This document shows, in pieces, positions 46,601 to 55,163 of a DNA stretch of 64,000 bases. The stretch comes from an uncultured virus (IMG/VR IMGVR_UViG_3300020049_012467) (taxonomy: Duplodnaviria > Heunggongvirae > Uroviricota > Caudoviricetes): IMG/VR virus record IMGVR_UViG_3300020049_012467, one strand, 5' to 3'. The notes below the pieces were generated by a model, which was not told where the DNA came from, did not search any database, and saw only the letters and a program-made list of their open reading frames with translations. The translations under genes were made by a program, and so were the position numbers. Within the stretch, counting starts at the first letter, position 1; every line of letters begins with the position of its first letter.

Positions 46601-49266
46601 GTCTGCAACGGGCGGAACACTGTCGCCTTGCGGCCGCTGCTGGACTTGTCGTAAAATTTCGGTCCAGTGTAGTTGCCGTACACAAGCTCGTTGCGCGAAC
46701 GAATTGCCCCGCCTTCGAAGTTGCGGAACATGGCGAGTTCGTTCTTCGACCAGTCGGCTTTCTTGACGAAGTTGAAGCCAGTGATAAAAATTGTGTTGAT
46801 CGGGTAGCTTTTCACCCACTTGACGAATGCGACTGCATCAAAGTCGCCGCCCATCGAGTTGACGAAGTTTGCGTGAGCCTCAATCGTCGCCGTCGTGATA
46901 CAGACAGCGTTGATCTTGCCTTGCGACTGGCGTTCAATCTCGGACGAAAATTCCTTGACCAGATTGTCCTTGGTAATGATCAGCGGACGCTTGGCGAGTT
47001 TCTCCAGCAGCGCAATCAGAATGTCCGCGATGGAAATAATCGTCTTGCCGCCACCGGCGCCAACGTCGATCAGCGCGCGGGTAGGCTTGTTGATCGAAAG
47101 CCCGCCGACCACCTTGAGTTGGTGCGGCATGAGGAATTCGAGGCCGGGCATGTTGGGCAGCGTCGGCACAAAGCTGTCCCAAGTCTCATCGGGAATGTCA
47201 GTCAGCTTGTTGCGCTTGCGCTGGTCAAAGTGTTCGGCACTGATGGTTTCGAAATTTTCCGCGTATTTGGTCAGAAGGAATGCACCGAAGCGCGCATAGC
47301 GCACGTCGTTGTTGATGGCAATCTTGTGGTCTTTGTTCTCAAGCACTTCGCGCAGACGACGCACGCAGCCCTTGACCACATCGATCATGAAATAAATCGA
47401 CGGGTTGTCTTTCTTCAGGATGCCTTCGAAACCGTCTTCCGGAGTCGGCCCAAACAGTTCGCCGTAGGTGAGACGCGAAACCGTCGCACGCTGCACGAGC
47501 AGCTTGAACATGTCCACGGCGCTACCGGCGCTCGAATACGCCGTACCATATTTTGCCGTGACTTCCTTCAGCACTTCCGAATAGACGACGTTGCCCGGAT
47601 CGAGCATGGAAGCGTATTCGAACAGGAACTTGCGGGCGAACGGCTGGTTCTGGTCGTCGCCAGCTTCACTCAGCTTGCGGTCGAGTTCGCGGAAAATATA
47701 CGACGACGTCATGGGCGAGCAACCGGAAATGTCGATGATCGACAGGTTGCCCGATGCGTCGCAGTACGAGAACTTGTTGTTCTTCCAGTCGGTGTAGACA
47801 GGATAGTTGGCGAGGCCGACTGCAACCGGTTGCAAAATTTCACCAGTCGCTTTGTCGTAGCGCGCCTTCATCTTCGACATGTATTCGTCGGTATTGTCGG
47901 TGCGCGGCAGCCACAGCACGCCAGCGCTCTTGGTGACAGCAAAGCCGTCCTCATTGGTGCGCGCCGGATACGGCTTGCCTTCCTTGAATATTTTCTCGAA
48001 CTCGCGGACTTCGTTGCGCACAAGGTTCATGCCCGACACTTTGGTCGGAACTTTCGAGCCTTTGGTGAGCGACGTGGCAAAGCCGACGCTCATGTTGTGC
48101 TTGTCGACAAACATGGGAGGGTTGAATTCCGACAGCGTCTTTGCGCACGTCGCCCACATTGCGTACTTCATCGGATAGCGAATGTAGAGATCGACCTTGG
48201 GCGAGAACGTGATGGGCGGAAAATTTCCCGGATGAAACGTCGCCAGTTCTTCGAGCGTGAGCGTACCGGCCTTGAGCTTTGCGCCAAGGGTTTCGTCGGC
48301 CAGCAGTTGCGTAATGATCTGCGGAGCGATTGCAACGATGAACGAGTCTTCGTCGATGTGGATTTGGAATTCCAGCATCTTGCGGTAGGCTTCGCTCGGC
48401 ATATTTTCGTCGGTCATTTCGACGCCGACGCCCGAAGCCTCGAAAATGGCCTTGGTGAACGACTCGGTGCCGCCGCGTCCAGACGACGACGTTGCAAAGT
48501 CAGCGAAGGAAAGGACCGACGTGGAAATCGGTTTGGTGTTCAGGACAATGGTGCGCGAGCCGATTTCCGACTCGATCATCTTGACGAAGCGCGGGAACTT
48601 GAAGGACGACGCAACGTTCTTGTCGTTGCCGTCATTGTCCTTGGATTTTTTCATGCTCTTGAACAGAGCGCCAAGCTGCTTGTCGACGTTTTCCAGATCG
48701 GCCTTGTACTTCACCAGCGCTTCACGCTTCACCTTTTCGGTTTCAGCAGCGTCGCGGTTATACGAATAGCCAATGGAACGAAGCGGGTTGAACGAGAACT
48801 CGTACTTGGGCGTTTCGAGTTTCACGAGAACCGAACTGGCCTCGATTTTTTCTTTCTCGGTCTTCCACTCGCCCTTCTCAGGCTTGCGGGTGCGAATCTT
48901 GATCTTGCGGCTTTCCTCGTCGAACGCCGCCAGCATTTCCTTCGTCGGATCGTTCATCAACGTGAAATTATGCAGACGGTTCTGCATGTAGTCCTTCAGA
49001 TCGGTGCCGACGATAAAGTCGTCAATCCAAGCGAGGATTGTGTTGACGCCGACGAACACGTCTTTCAGGTCTTGGTAGTCGTAGTAGAAACGACGCAGTT
49101 CAACGTCCTCGTTGACTTTGCGGGGAGCACCAGACTTTTTGTTTTTTCCGTTGGGGCGGTTGTTGGCGCGGACCTTTGCGGCCACGTCCTCGAACTTTGC
49201 CCTGACCAGATGCTTGCGAACAGCCTCGGCGCGGAGCCGGAATTTTTTCTTGAAACGCGTTTTCAT
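43636..49266 (-). CDS. Very large SNF2-family ATPase/helicase (1,876 aa), possibly virion-associated
   Basis: Q motif LMPHQ, Walker A GAGGGKT, DEAH, MSGT, motif V EGHNLQ and motif VI QARARVAR. Confidence 0.85.
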   Translation of the reverse strand: MKTRFKKKFRLRAEAVRKHLVRAKFEDVAAKVRANNRPNGKNKKSGAPRKVNEDVELRRFYYDYQDLKDVFVGVNTILAWIDDFIVGTDLKDYMQNRLHNFTLMNDPTKEMLAAFDEESRKIKIRTRKPEKGEWKTEKEKIEASSVLVKLETPKYEFSFNPLRSIGYSYNRDAAETEKVKREALVKYKADLENVDKQLGALFKSMKKSKDNDGNDKNVASSFKFPRFVKMIESEIGSRTIVLNTKPISTSVLSFADFATSSSGRGGTESFTKAIFEASGVGVEMTDENMPSEAYRKMLEFQIHIDEDSFIVAIAPQIITQLLADETLGAKLKAGTLTLEELATFHPGNFPPITFSPKVDLYIRYPMKYAMWATCAKTLSEFNPPMFVDKHNMSVGFATSLTKGSKVPTKVSGMNLVRNEVREFEKIFKEGKPYPARTNEDGFAVTKSAGVLWLPRTDNTDEYMSKMKARYDKATGEILQPVAVGLANYPVYTDWKNNKFSYCDASGNLSIIDISGCSPMTSSYIFRELDRKLSEAGDDQNQPFARKFLFEYASMLDPGNVVYSEVLKEVTAKYGTAYSSAGSAVDMFKLLVQRATVSRLTYGELFGPTPEDGFEGILKKDNPSIYFMIDVVKGCVRRLREVLENKDHKIAINNDVRYARFGAFLLTKYAENFETISAEHFDQRKRNKLTDIPDETWDSFVPTLPNMPGLEFLMPHQLKVVGGLSINKPTRALIDVGAGGGKTIISIADILIALLEKLAKRPLIITKDNLVKEFSSEIERQSQGKINAVCITTATIEAHANFVNSMGGDFDAVAFVKWVKSYPINTIFITGFNFVKKADWSKNELAMFRNFEGGAIRSRNELVYGNYTGPKFYDKSSSGRKATVFRPLQTFPMADMLGLCDFDYVAVDEAHYIKEVTSGVTQAVNNILATAKIRRWMSGTLVTDKARDLVGITSTTGSLGDDDYFKKRFMNGLKLKNGDATANEIFDLIDDQYARTTQRRKEWAFIMPYIKENIHPAPMTPRQEDFYKKLLEMQSAEFQKQKEEMLKKRGGKPSEDGEEDEAFEAKVEALMESTLYRLEIFMGAPDEDDSKNAAGLGEGMEALESFPNLVPKPAPEDLVSPKVKIINKILDAHFNGTPYSSIKKDESPRNKVLILSYNKPLSRHIMKHLSPQFRAMAVRYTPSPTAKDRGEKLLSSEQALEEFKNNPKIKIMVADQASMQEGHNLQIASRLIEVQSIWSPGRMEQARARVARPSPKGDDREFINIDIVAGVSSNADTASVDYAKFARMVTKIVTKAQLDYAKDPAWRREMAHRFGEGGNLALPDGGFKMSPEAISELTSDKLQVYFDVYKAYIAWEQDQFRKVRASLKRKLQEKYPDREITDEDVKRLAMIKVQHSADLPGTRRAFSPYVTGQQIYDPLGLGLQSITQSDRESGNEDDEEGGEGLNSEKTLIEVDTGTPVWTAYGPGRVRTLFVDKVRVDIPGLGMVAVPKGAAFVPKDPEHMRKFERLLTILGDAGAPTIDSDGMLIPLKDLTKYDLNSNIPIRKGKPVKPIVEQEEDEDTDENVLEDRNEEPDDPSEPRDVTIYPLVLNGSRALVYVDGTKDRSQRDYFLSDFGKRGWTRVPDFIRIHITNFLVLEDWIGKDGRLVEKYSIKKERLDYIRETVEQMRTKSKTLIVDDSAANSMRAFQNFYQISHKDLPKNQKGEERSVRPWLATFGGAAYLCFDVDSHHPTLLQELVKMYSGIKKKRASVKPPQLTDTWAVKFVSGVSIAKQELSVIADHRNYDVNDFDDVMEEVKRLGVVKTAEKKKKLPPVGKLSKPPAKGAGKTKPSSKLAGKSKPSAKSKPTGKMGGKSATSKKITKAVKSVKTGRMSSKR

Positions 49267-49278
49267 TATTGGCTCCGG

Positions 49279-49719
49279 TTATTCCTGATCGTCTGACGTG
49301 AGCGTGACTGCGAGCATCGTCTGCTTGTCACGCTTGGCGAGAACCTTCCAGATTGAAGGCATCATGTCCTGAAGGTGTGGGCGGCATTTTTCCAGAAGCT
49401 TCTCGGCAATCTGGCATTTGCCCTCGGTGGAAACTTCCTGCGCCTTGAACCACTCGATGTGGCAAGTCTCGCGCATTTCCACGGCCGACGGAAAGTCGGT
49501 GACCATCTGCTCAATGCTGGAAATAATGGCGCCAAGGTTGGCCTTGTCCAGCGCCTTGAATGCAGCGTCAGCCATTCCGGCCAGCGTTTCCTCGCGCATC
49601 CGATAGACGGCGAGCATCTGCCGCACGTACGGGTCCTGAATTTTTTCTGCATTGGCGAGGACGACAGTCTTTTCGTCGCCAAGCGAAAGCTGTAACAGGT
49701 CAAGAAGCGCTTCACGCAT
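49279..49719 (-). CDS. Hypothetical helical protein
   Basis: 146-aa ORF with a GGAG RBS. Confidence 0.6.
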   Translation of the reverse strand: MREALLDLLQLSLGDEKTVVLANAEKIQDPYVRQMLAVYRMREETLAGMADAAFKALDKANLGAIISSIEQMVTDFPSAVEMRETCHIEWFKAQEVSTEGKCQIAEKLLEKCRPHLQDMMPSIWKVLAKRDKQTMLAVTLTSDDQE

Positions 49720-50464
49720 TGCGGAACTCCATAAGTCCGGTTTTTTTCGTGTCTGATCGCGCCACGAAACCGAGCGATGAAAGGAAATCGGGAGACATGT
49801 GCCCTATGGCAATGTCTTTAACGGGAAAGAGCGACGACGCGTGTTCGATCATTCGCGCAGTCGAACCGTCGCCGCGCGCAATTTTCTTGACGTTGCAATT
49901 CACCAGACGGCTGCTGGCCCCAATCCAGTCGATAGAGGCTGCAACCATGCCGTGTTTGCGCATTTCCAGACGCACAACGCCCGGCTTGGGATGAACAACG
50001 CTGAACTCTGAAGCGGCTTCCTTGGCCGGGAATTTTTTGTCTTCGTCCAGCCGCTTCATCATGCGCTTGTGAACAAACGTCAAAAACACCGACAGCGACT
50101 TGTGACGCGGCAACGGCATCTGCTTGATGGTGGCCCACTTGTACTTGTCGCTCTCGGCGTTGAGCTTGGGAATTATTTCGCTGTCCACCTTGAGCAGGTA
50201 GAACGTCATGCGATGCGTCTCGGTATCGTCCTTGTCGAAACGGAAACGGCTGATGGGCGTGAGAGCTTCTTTCTTCACGCGAACGCCAGCTTCCTCTTTC
50301 AGTTCGCGGACAATTGCCTTGATACGCTTCTCGCCTTTGTCCACGCCGCCGCCAAACATGTTCCACTCGCCGGGGCGATTGACCTTCGGGCCACGCCGCG
50401 CGATCAGGAAGCGCTCGGTCTTGGGGCAGAAAATAATAGCCCAAACGCTTTGAGACTTAGACAT
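49712..50464 (-). CDS. NUDIX hydrolase with possible C-terminal GNAT-like domain
   Basis: Nudix box GGVDKGEKRIKAIVRELKEEAGV; C-terminal ARGDGSTARMIEHA...DFLSSLGF; start at MSKSQ (50464). Confidence 0.85.
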   Translation of the reverse strand: MSKSQSVWAIIFCPKTERFLIARRGPKVNRPGEWNMFGGGVDKGEKRIKAIVRELKEEAGVRVKKEALTPISRFRFDKDDTETHRMTFYLLKVDSEIIPKLNAESDKYKWATIKQMPLPRHKSLSVFLTFVHKRMMKRLDEDKKFPAKEAASEFSVVHPKPGVVRLEMRKHGMVAASIDWIGASSRLVNCNVKKIARGDGSTARMIEHASSLFPVKDIAIGHMSPDFLSSLGFVARSDTKKTGLMEFRNA

Positions 50465-51026
50465 TCGCTCGTCTCCGGTTCGCAGCCGCAATTGCAGCGC
50501 GCACGTCAATCTTGAAAAATTGATGGTTCACGGCGTTGATGGTTTCAATCGTGTCGGAAACCTGCGCCGGGTACATGATGGAGTTAGGCTCGAAAATGGT
50601 TTCAACCGGCCTCAGTCCATCAAATTTGTGGAGGTTAAGCTGGAAGCGTATTTTACCAATGTCGGCAAACCGCTTCTCGAAAATCTTTGCCGTGTCGATT
50701 ACCGACAGGATGCGCTTGTTGGAAATGAAATCCGGGGCGAAATCGAATATCGCCGTGCGCTTGGTATTTTTCTGTTCGTGGATACGCAAGCCACCGTAGG
50801 TCTGCGAGTATCCAACGCGGAACCAGCCGAGATAGTAGGCCAGTTGATGCAGGTCGGAAAAATTCTCTGCATGGTTGGCGAGATTGAGCCTTGCACGCAG
50901 CGGATAATCAGGATCGCCGCCGAAACGCAAAGGATAGAACACGCCAAGCGGGGAAACCCATCCGCCGTGGAACGTGATCTTGAAGCCTTGCGGTACGTGG
51001 AGAAGACTGAGCGGTGCGAGAAACAA
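50457..51026 (-). CDS. Hypothetical protein
   Basis: 189-aa ORF with GGWVSPLG and GWFRV motifs. Confidence 0.6.
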   Translation of the reverse strand: MFLAPLSLLHVPQGFKITFHGGWVSPLGVFYPLRFGGDPDYPLRARLNLANHAENFSDLHQLAYYLGWFRVGYSQTYGGLRIHEQKNTKRTAIFDFAPDFISNKRILSVIDTAKIFEKRFADIGKIRFQLNLHKFDGLRPVETIFEPNSIMYPAQVSDTIETINAVNHQFFKIDVRAAIAAANRRRANV

Positions 51027-51047
51027 AATCTGACCCTATTATTTCAA

Positions 51048-51080
51048 CGGCCCCGAAGTCGAAGTGTGACTTCGGGGCCG
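51048..51080. terminator. 13-bp stem-loop, probable terminator
   Basis: CGGCCCCGAAGTC/GACTTCGGGGCCG, downstream of 51105..51500. Confidence 0.6.
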
Positions 51081-51104
51081 CGAAGGTGTCGCGGGTAGAA
51101 AAAA

Positions 51105-51500
51105 CTACTGCTTGACGATGCTGTTCTGTTGCAGCGCCGTCGAGAGAGCGGCGATGGCGCCGAAAGCGCGACGCAGTTCGACCGACTGAGCGTTCACAAC
51201 GCCAACCAGCGTTGCAATGGCGTTTGCAGCCGTGGCAACGTCCGTGATGGCCGCGATGGTCGCCGCTTTATTTGCGAGCGCAACCGGCGTGCCGGTCGTG
51301 TTGACGATCGTCGGCGCGTTGGTCAGCGAGGCGAACGCGGCAGGTGTGTTGAGCGTGATCGTTGCCTTTGAGGCCGCGACGGCTGCGACAACTTTGTCGG
51401 ACGGGGTGTCCACTTCTGCCGATTGCCCGACTGCGAGAACGGTTTCGCCAATGTCGAGAAACCCGGTCGAAGTGTTTTTGACGGTGAAGAGTTTGGCCAT
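51105..51500 (-). CDS. Ala/Thr-rich probable virion protein
   Basis: 131 aa with a strong AGGAG RBS, followed by a hairpin. Confidence 0.65.
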   Translation of the reverse strand: MAKLFTVKNTSTGFLDIGETVLAVGQSAEVDTPSDKVVAAVAASKATITLNTPAAFASLTNAPTIVNTTGTPVALANKAATIAAITDVATAANAIATLVGVVNAQSVELRRAFGAIAALSTALQQNSIVKQ

Positions 51501-51853
51501 TTTTTAGTCTCCTGTTTTCTACCTTGGGATTGTCCCTTGGCGTAATTTTTCCTGCCTAGTGAAGCTTGCTGGCGCGCCATGTGGGGGTGTTCCAAGGCGT
51601 GACAGGAATTGCACAGCGTAATTAGGTTTCTTAGACTGTCTGCGCCCCCGCGCGAACGGTGTATTTTGTGGTGCGCGTGCATATTGCGCTTTTCCCACCG
51701 GGTGCGAGCTTTGAAGCCGCATTTCTGGCAGGTGTAGTTGTCGCGCCGTTTGCACGCCTTCTGTAGCTGCGCCCATTTCTCAGACAGATAAAATTCTGCG
51801 TCGTTGATGTGGTTGCGAGATTGGAAGTTGATGAGCCCCGGCTTTATTTTCAT
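51323..51853 (-). CDS. HNH endonuclease
   Basis: RRDNYTCQKCG...HAHHKIHRSRGGADSLRNLITLCNSCHALEH. Confidence 0.88.
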   Translation of the reverse strand: MKIKPGLINFQSRNHINDAEFYLSEKWAQLQKACKRRDNYTCQKCGFKARTRWEKRNMHAHHKIHRSRGGADSLRNLITLCNSCHALEHPHMARQQASLGRKNYAKGQSQGRKQETKKWPNSSPSKTLRPGFSTLAKPFSQSGNRQKWTPRPTKLSQPSRPQRQRSRSTHLPRSPR

Positions 51854-51864
51854 GCAGCCTCGTG

Positions 51865-52503
51865 TCAGGCGTTCTTGAGGATTTCGTCGCGGATCATTTG
51901 CGCCACTTCCTGCGCCAGTTCAGCCATGGCGTCGGCCGCACGCTCCGTCCGCTTCTTGATCTTGCCAGATTTTTTTCCAGCGTACTCGTCAGCGGCGGCG
52001 TTGATGCCAATGAAACTCTGGCTCATCTGAAAGACAAGTCGACGAAGGCCAGTCATCACGGCCACATCGACAATCTCAGCGAGACGCTGCTCGCTGGTCT
52101 GCATCAGATTTATTTCCTTCATCATCGACTGAGCTTGCGCAATCAGGTTGTTGAGAAGGTAGCCGTTGTTCGGCGTCGGATGCTCGCTATAGTTGCGTTC
52201 GGCGTCCTTGACCGCTTCGAGGATTGCGCCAAACAGAACCTTTGACATGGTCAGCGCAGATTTTTCCGACAAGCCTTCGTCGGAATGCACAAGGGCGCGC
52301 ATTTCCTTGATCTGCTTGCGGAAGTAGAGCGCCTTCTTGTTTATGTCTTTCGGAGCCGTCGAATTTTTCGTGAACTTGACCGCAGGCTTGGATTTCGCCT
52401 TTGCCTTGGACACGGCTGGTGCAGCCCGGCGCGTCTTCACCGGAATGGTTTTCAAGGGACGTTTATGCACGCCGTCTGACAGCGTGACAATCCCCATCTT
52501 CAT
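51865..52503 (-). CDS. Hypothetical helical protein
   Basis: 212-aa ORF with a basic N-terminus. Confidence 0.65.
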   Translation of the reverse strand: MKMGIVTLSDGVHKRPLKTIPVKTRRAAPAVSKAKAKSKPAVKFTKNSTAPKDINKKALYFRKQIKEMRALVHSDEGLSEKSALTMSKVLFGAILEAVKDAERNYSEHPTPNNGYLLNNLIAQAQSMMKEINLMQTSEQRLAEIVDVAVMTGLRRLVFQMSQSFIGINAAADEYAGKKSGKIKKRTERAADAMAELAQEVAQMIRDEILKNA

Positions 52504-54425
52504 TCGCCGTCTTCCTCATGCTCGGCGCCGTACGGTTGCGGAGCCGATGATTTTTTCTGTTTAGCTGCAACCTTGCCAGCGGCGGCAAGCTTCTTCAGCG
52601 GACCGGGATTGCTGGCCCAATACATGCGCTTGCCGAAGTCCGACATGAATTCGTTGCGGCGATCACTGACTTGCTCTGCGGCGCGCATGAACATTGCAGC
52701 GACAGCCGCAACCGGCGTCGGTCCAGTCGCGGACGCATCGAGAAGGAAATTATCGTCCTTCACCGTCTTTGTCATTGGCAGCGACATTGCCGCTTCGTAG
52801 TCGTCGGCGGTGCGCGTCACAATGAAGCGAACGTCAGGATGCTTTGGCAGGAAGAACGAAACGCTCACGGACGAATATTCCGTTTCGTCCGCCTGAAAGC
52901 CCCAGCGCGTTGCGCCCATGGCCTTCTTGAGTTCGTTGAGGCCCTTGAAGACTTCGCCCGAAACGCCGGGCTTGAGCTTCTTCAGCTTCTTCTTCGTCTT
53001 GTCGAATTTTTTCTTGGTGTCCAACACCAGTTCGTTCTTGAGTTCGTCTTCCGTCATTGGGCGCTTGGCGACTTCGACGGAAGCCTTGACCTTGGTCTTC
53101 GGACGCTTGCGGGCGAGAGTAACCGCAGTCTTGATCTTCTTGGTCACGCTGTCAGCGAATTTTTTCGTCATCTTAGAGACGTGGCTGGGTTTCCCGATGC
53201 TTCCAATCAGGTTCAGGTTGTCTCCGCCGTACAGACCAACAACTTTGAAGTGGTAGGACGCCGCCGCCATGCTTCCAAGTTTTTGATGAGAGATTTCGCA
53301 CATGACGAAATTCTCACCAACCTTCTTGGTCATGAAAAATTTCTGCTCTCCAGCACGACGTGTGCCGCGATCCTTCTTCTCGGTGCGGCCCTTCATGTTG
53401 TACCCTGCTTCGTACTCAGGGTTTGATTTCGTGAAGCCCTTTGACGCCAGCAGCTTTCTGAAATCGGAAACTTTGACCAAGGACTCGCGGTTCTTGCCTT
53501 TCACCTTGGACGCCGGGCCAATGCCCATGATGCGCAGAGCTTCTTCAGTGAATTTTTCTTCCGAGGCGACAGCAGGTTCCGTACGGCGTTCGCGCAGCGA
53601 CATCATGTTGCGCTGTTCAATCTCAATCTTCTCGACGTCCTTGCGACCAAAGTCGGAGTTCTTGATTTTTTTCAGCATGCCAGTACCGACCGGCAGGATG
53701 ACAATCAGTCCGCCCTTGTCGCCGTCACGCGTCTGCATCTTACCTTTCAGGTCAGAGCCGAGCAGGTTGCGAATTGCTTTCGGAATGCCGTCCACACGCT
53801 TCTTGAATTCAGGCGTGTACTCGGGAATGAACAGGCGCAGCATGAAGCCCGAGGTAGTCTTGTCGAGTTCGGCAGGCGTAATATTTTTCAGCCTGAGACG
53901 CCAGCCAAGAATCTTGGCAAGCTTCCACTGACCGGCGCGCATCGACTTGCGAACGGTATCCGGATCAGGTTTGCCCTTGGCGGTTTCGACGGAAGCTTTT
54001 TCACCAGTGCGTTTCGAATACGCATTCGCTTCCACTTTGGCGATACTGATCGCTTTGGTGAGACGCGACTTTGCTTTCTCCAAGGCTTCAGTCGTGCGTG
54101 GTACAGAAAATTTCCAAGAACCAGCGCCCGGTTGAATCTCTATTGTGTAAGAAGGATTGTCGAGAACTTTGCCGCCCTTTGTCTTGAAACGCAAAACGAC
54201 GGAAACGTGCGACGCTCCAAAGTGCGCAGAATAAACGCGTGCGCTGTTGTGCAACACTTTCAGTTTTGTGGAATGACGCACCTTTGCGCTGACTTCCTTG
54301 AAGCCCATCGACTTCATCATCCGCACAAACTTTGCAGTCGTGTCGAGCTTCTGGATCGTCTTGCGCTTGACCTTCTTGGCCCCAAACGCTTCTTCAGTGA
54401 AATTTTCTTTGGTCATTGGGTCCAC
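52500..54425 (-). CDS. Lys-rich multi-segment protein (possible processed internal virion protein)
   Basis: 641 aa with repeated FTEEA and ASVE(T/V)AK motifs. Confidence 0.65.
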   Translation of the reverse strand: MDPMTKENFTEEAFGAKKVKRKTIQKLDTTAKFVRMMKSMGFKEVSAKVRHSTKLKVLHNSARVYSAHFGASHVSVVLRFKTKGGKVLDNPSYTIEIQPGAGSWKFSVPRTTEALEKAKSRLTKAISIAKVEANAYSKRTGEKASVETAKGKPDPDTVRKSMRAGQWKLAKILGWRLRLKNITPAELDKTTSGFMLRLFIPEYTPEFKKRVDGIPKAIRNLLGSDLKGKMQTRDGDKGGLIVILPVGTGMLKKIKNSDFGRKDVEKIEIEQRNMMSLRERRTEPAVASEEKFTEEALRIMGIGPASKVKGKNRESLVKVSDFRKLLASKGFTKSNPEYEAGYNMKGRTEKKDRGTRRAGEQKFFMTKKVGENFVMCEISHQKLGSMAAASYHFKVVGLYGGDNLNLIGSIGKPSHVSKMTKKFADSVTKKIKTAVTLARKRPKTKVKASVEVAKRPMTEDELKNELVLDTKKKFDKTKKKLKKLKPGVSGEVFKGLNELKKAMGATRWGFQADETEYSSVSVSFFLPKHPDVRFIVTRTADDYEAAMSLPMTKTVKDDNFLLDASATGPTPVAAVAAMFMRAAEQVSDRRNEFMSDFGKRMYWASNPGPLKKLAAAGKVAAKQKKSSAPQPYGAEHEEDGE

Positions 54426-54943
54426 CGGTTTAGATTGGTCGGGTCCGTGAAGGAGCCGAAGAAGACTGGCACGTGTTCAAACTTGAACGGCGCACGCCCG
54501 AGGAAATATGCAGTACCGAACGTGTCACCAACCACCAGCCAACGCTCGCCAAGCTTCACAAGGCCGATTGCGTGGTTCACTTCATCGCCGTTCTTCTGGC
54601 GATTTTTTCCATTCTGGTCATTGTCGGCAAACACGACGCCGAGAAACAGGTGCGAGAGCGGAACGCCGTTGCGATACGCCAGAGACATTGACGTCATTGC
54701 CAGCGCGTCGCAGTCATCGGTAATGAACATGGAGCGGCCGACAATGCCGCCGGTGACCTTGCCCTGAGCCCAAGGATTCTTTGCGAGCGCCTGATCGAAC
54801 GGCAGCGTGAAAAAATCCGAGTAGTCATTCCATTTGTCGATGGGAGGATCGGCCTTGTAGCGCCACGTACCCTGAACCTGACGGTCGGCGCGGCGCGCAA
54901 TGCTTTCAAGACGGTCCAGATCAGTCTTGGTCAGTTCTGACAT
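54413..54943 (-). CDS. Transglutaminase-like cysteine protease (BTLCP/LapG-like)
   Basis: DDCDALA (Cys), NHAIGLV (His) and LVVGD (Asp) in catalytic-triad order. Confidence 0.7.
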   Translation of the reverse strand: MSELTKTDLDRLESIARRADRQVQGTWRYKADPPIDKWNDYSDFFTLPFDQALAKNPWAQGKVTGGIVGRSMFITDDCDALAMTSMSLAYRNGVPLSHLFLGVVFADNDQNGKNRQKNGDEVNHAIGLVKLGERWLVVGDTFGTAYFLGRAPFKFEHVPVFFGSFTDPTNLNRWTQ

Positions 54944-55134
54944 TGCGGATCAGCCCCGTTGTTGAGACAGTAGCAGGCTGGCGAGTCAGGTTGTTCCTCG
55001 CACATTGCAGTCCACTGCTGGAGATTTTTCACATACGGCTTTGAAGGTTCAGGCGGCGAGATTGGAGCGCTGGCGGGCGGAGGAACACAAGATGCGAGCG
55101 CCAGCGTCCCGGCGATACAAATAATTCTCAGCAT
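54931..55134 (-). CDS. Small Pro-rich lipoprotein
   Basis: Signal peptide with lipobox LASC followed by a Pro-rich segment. Confidence 0.6.
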   Translation of the reverse strand: MLRIICIAGTLALASCVPPPASAPISPPEPSKPYVKNLQQWTAMCEEQPDSPACYCLNNGADPQCQN

Positions 55135-55163
55135 TGCGTTCCTCCAATCCCGCCTCGTGTGCG

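Noticed and set aside
45334..49296. 1,320-aa plus-strand ORF (likewise 1740..3587, 55134..56603, 56641..58173 and others)
   Set aside because: Antisense shadows of real minus-strand genes. Strong codon bias removes stops on the opposite strand, and these ORFs have no recognisable motifs.
51865..52503. Terminase small subunit call
   Set aside because: It is helical and next to an HNH gene, but it has no recognisable motif and is far from terL, so it is left as hypothetical.
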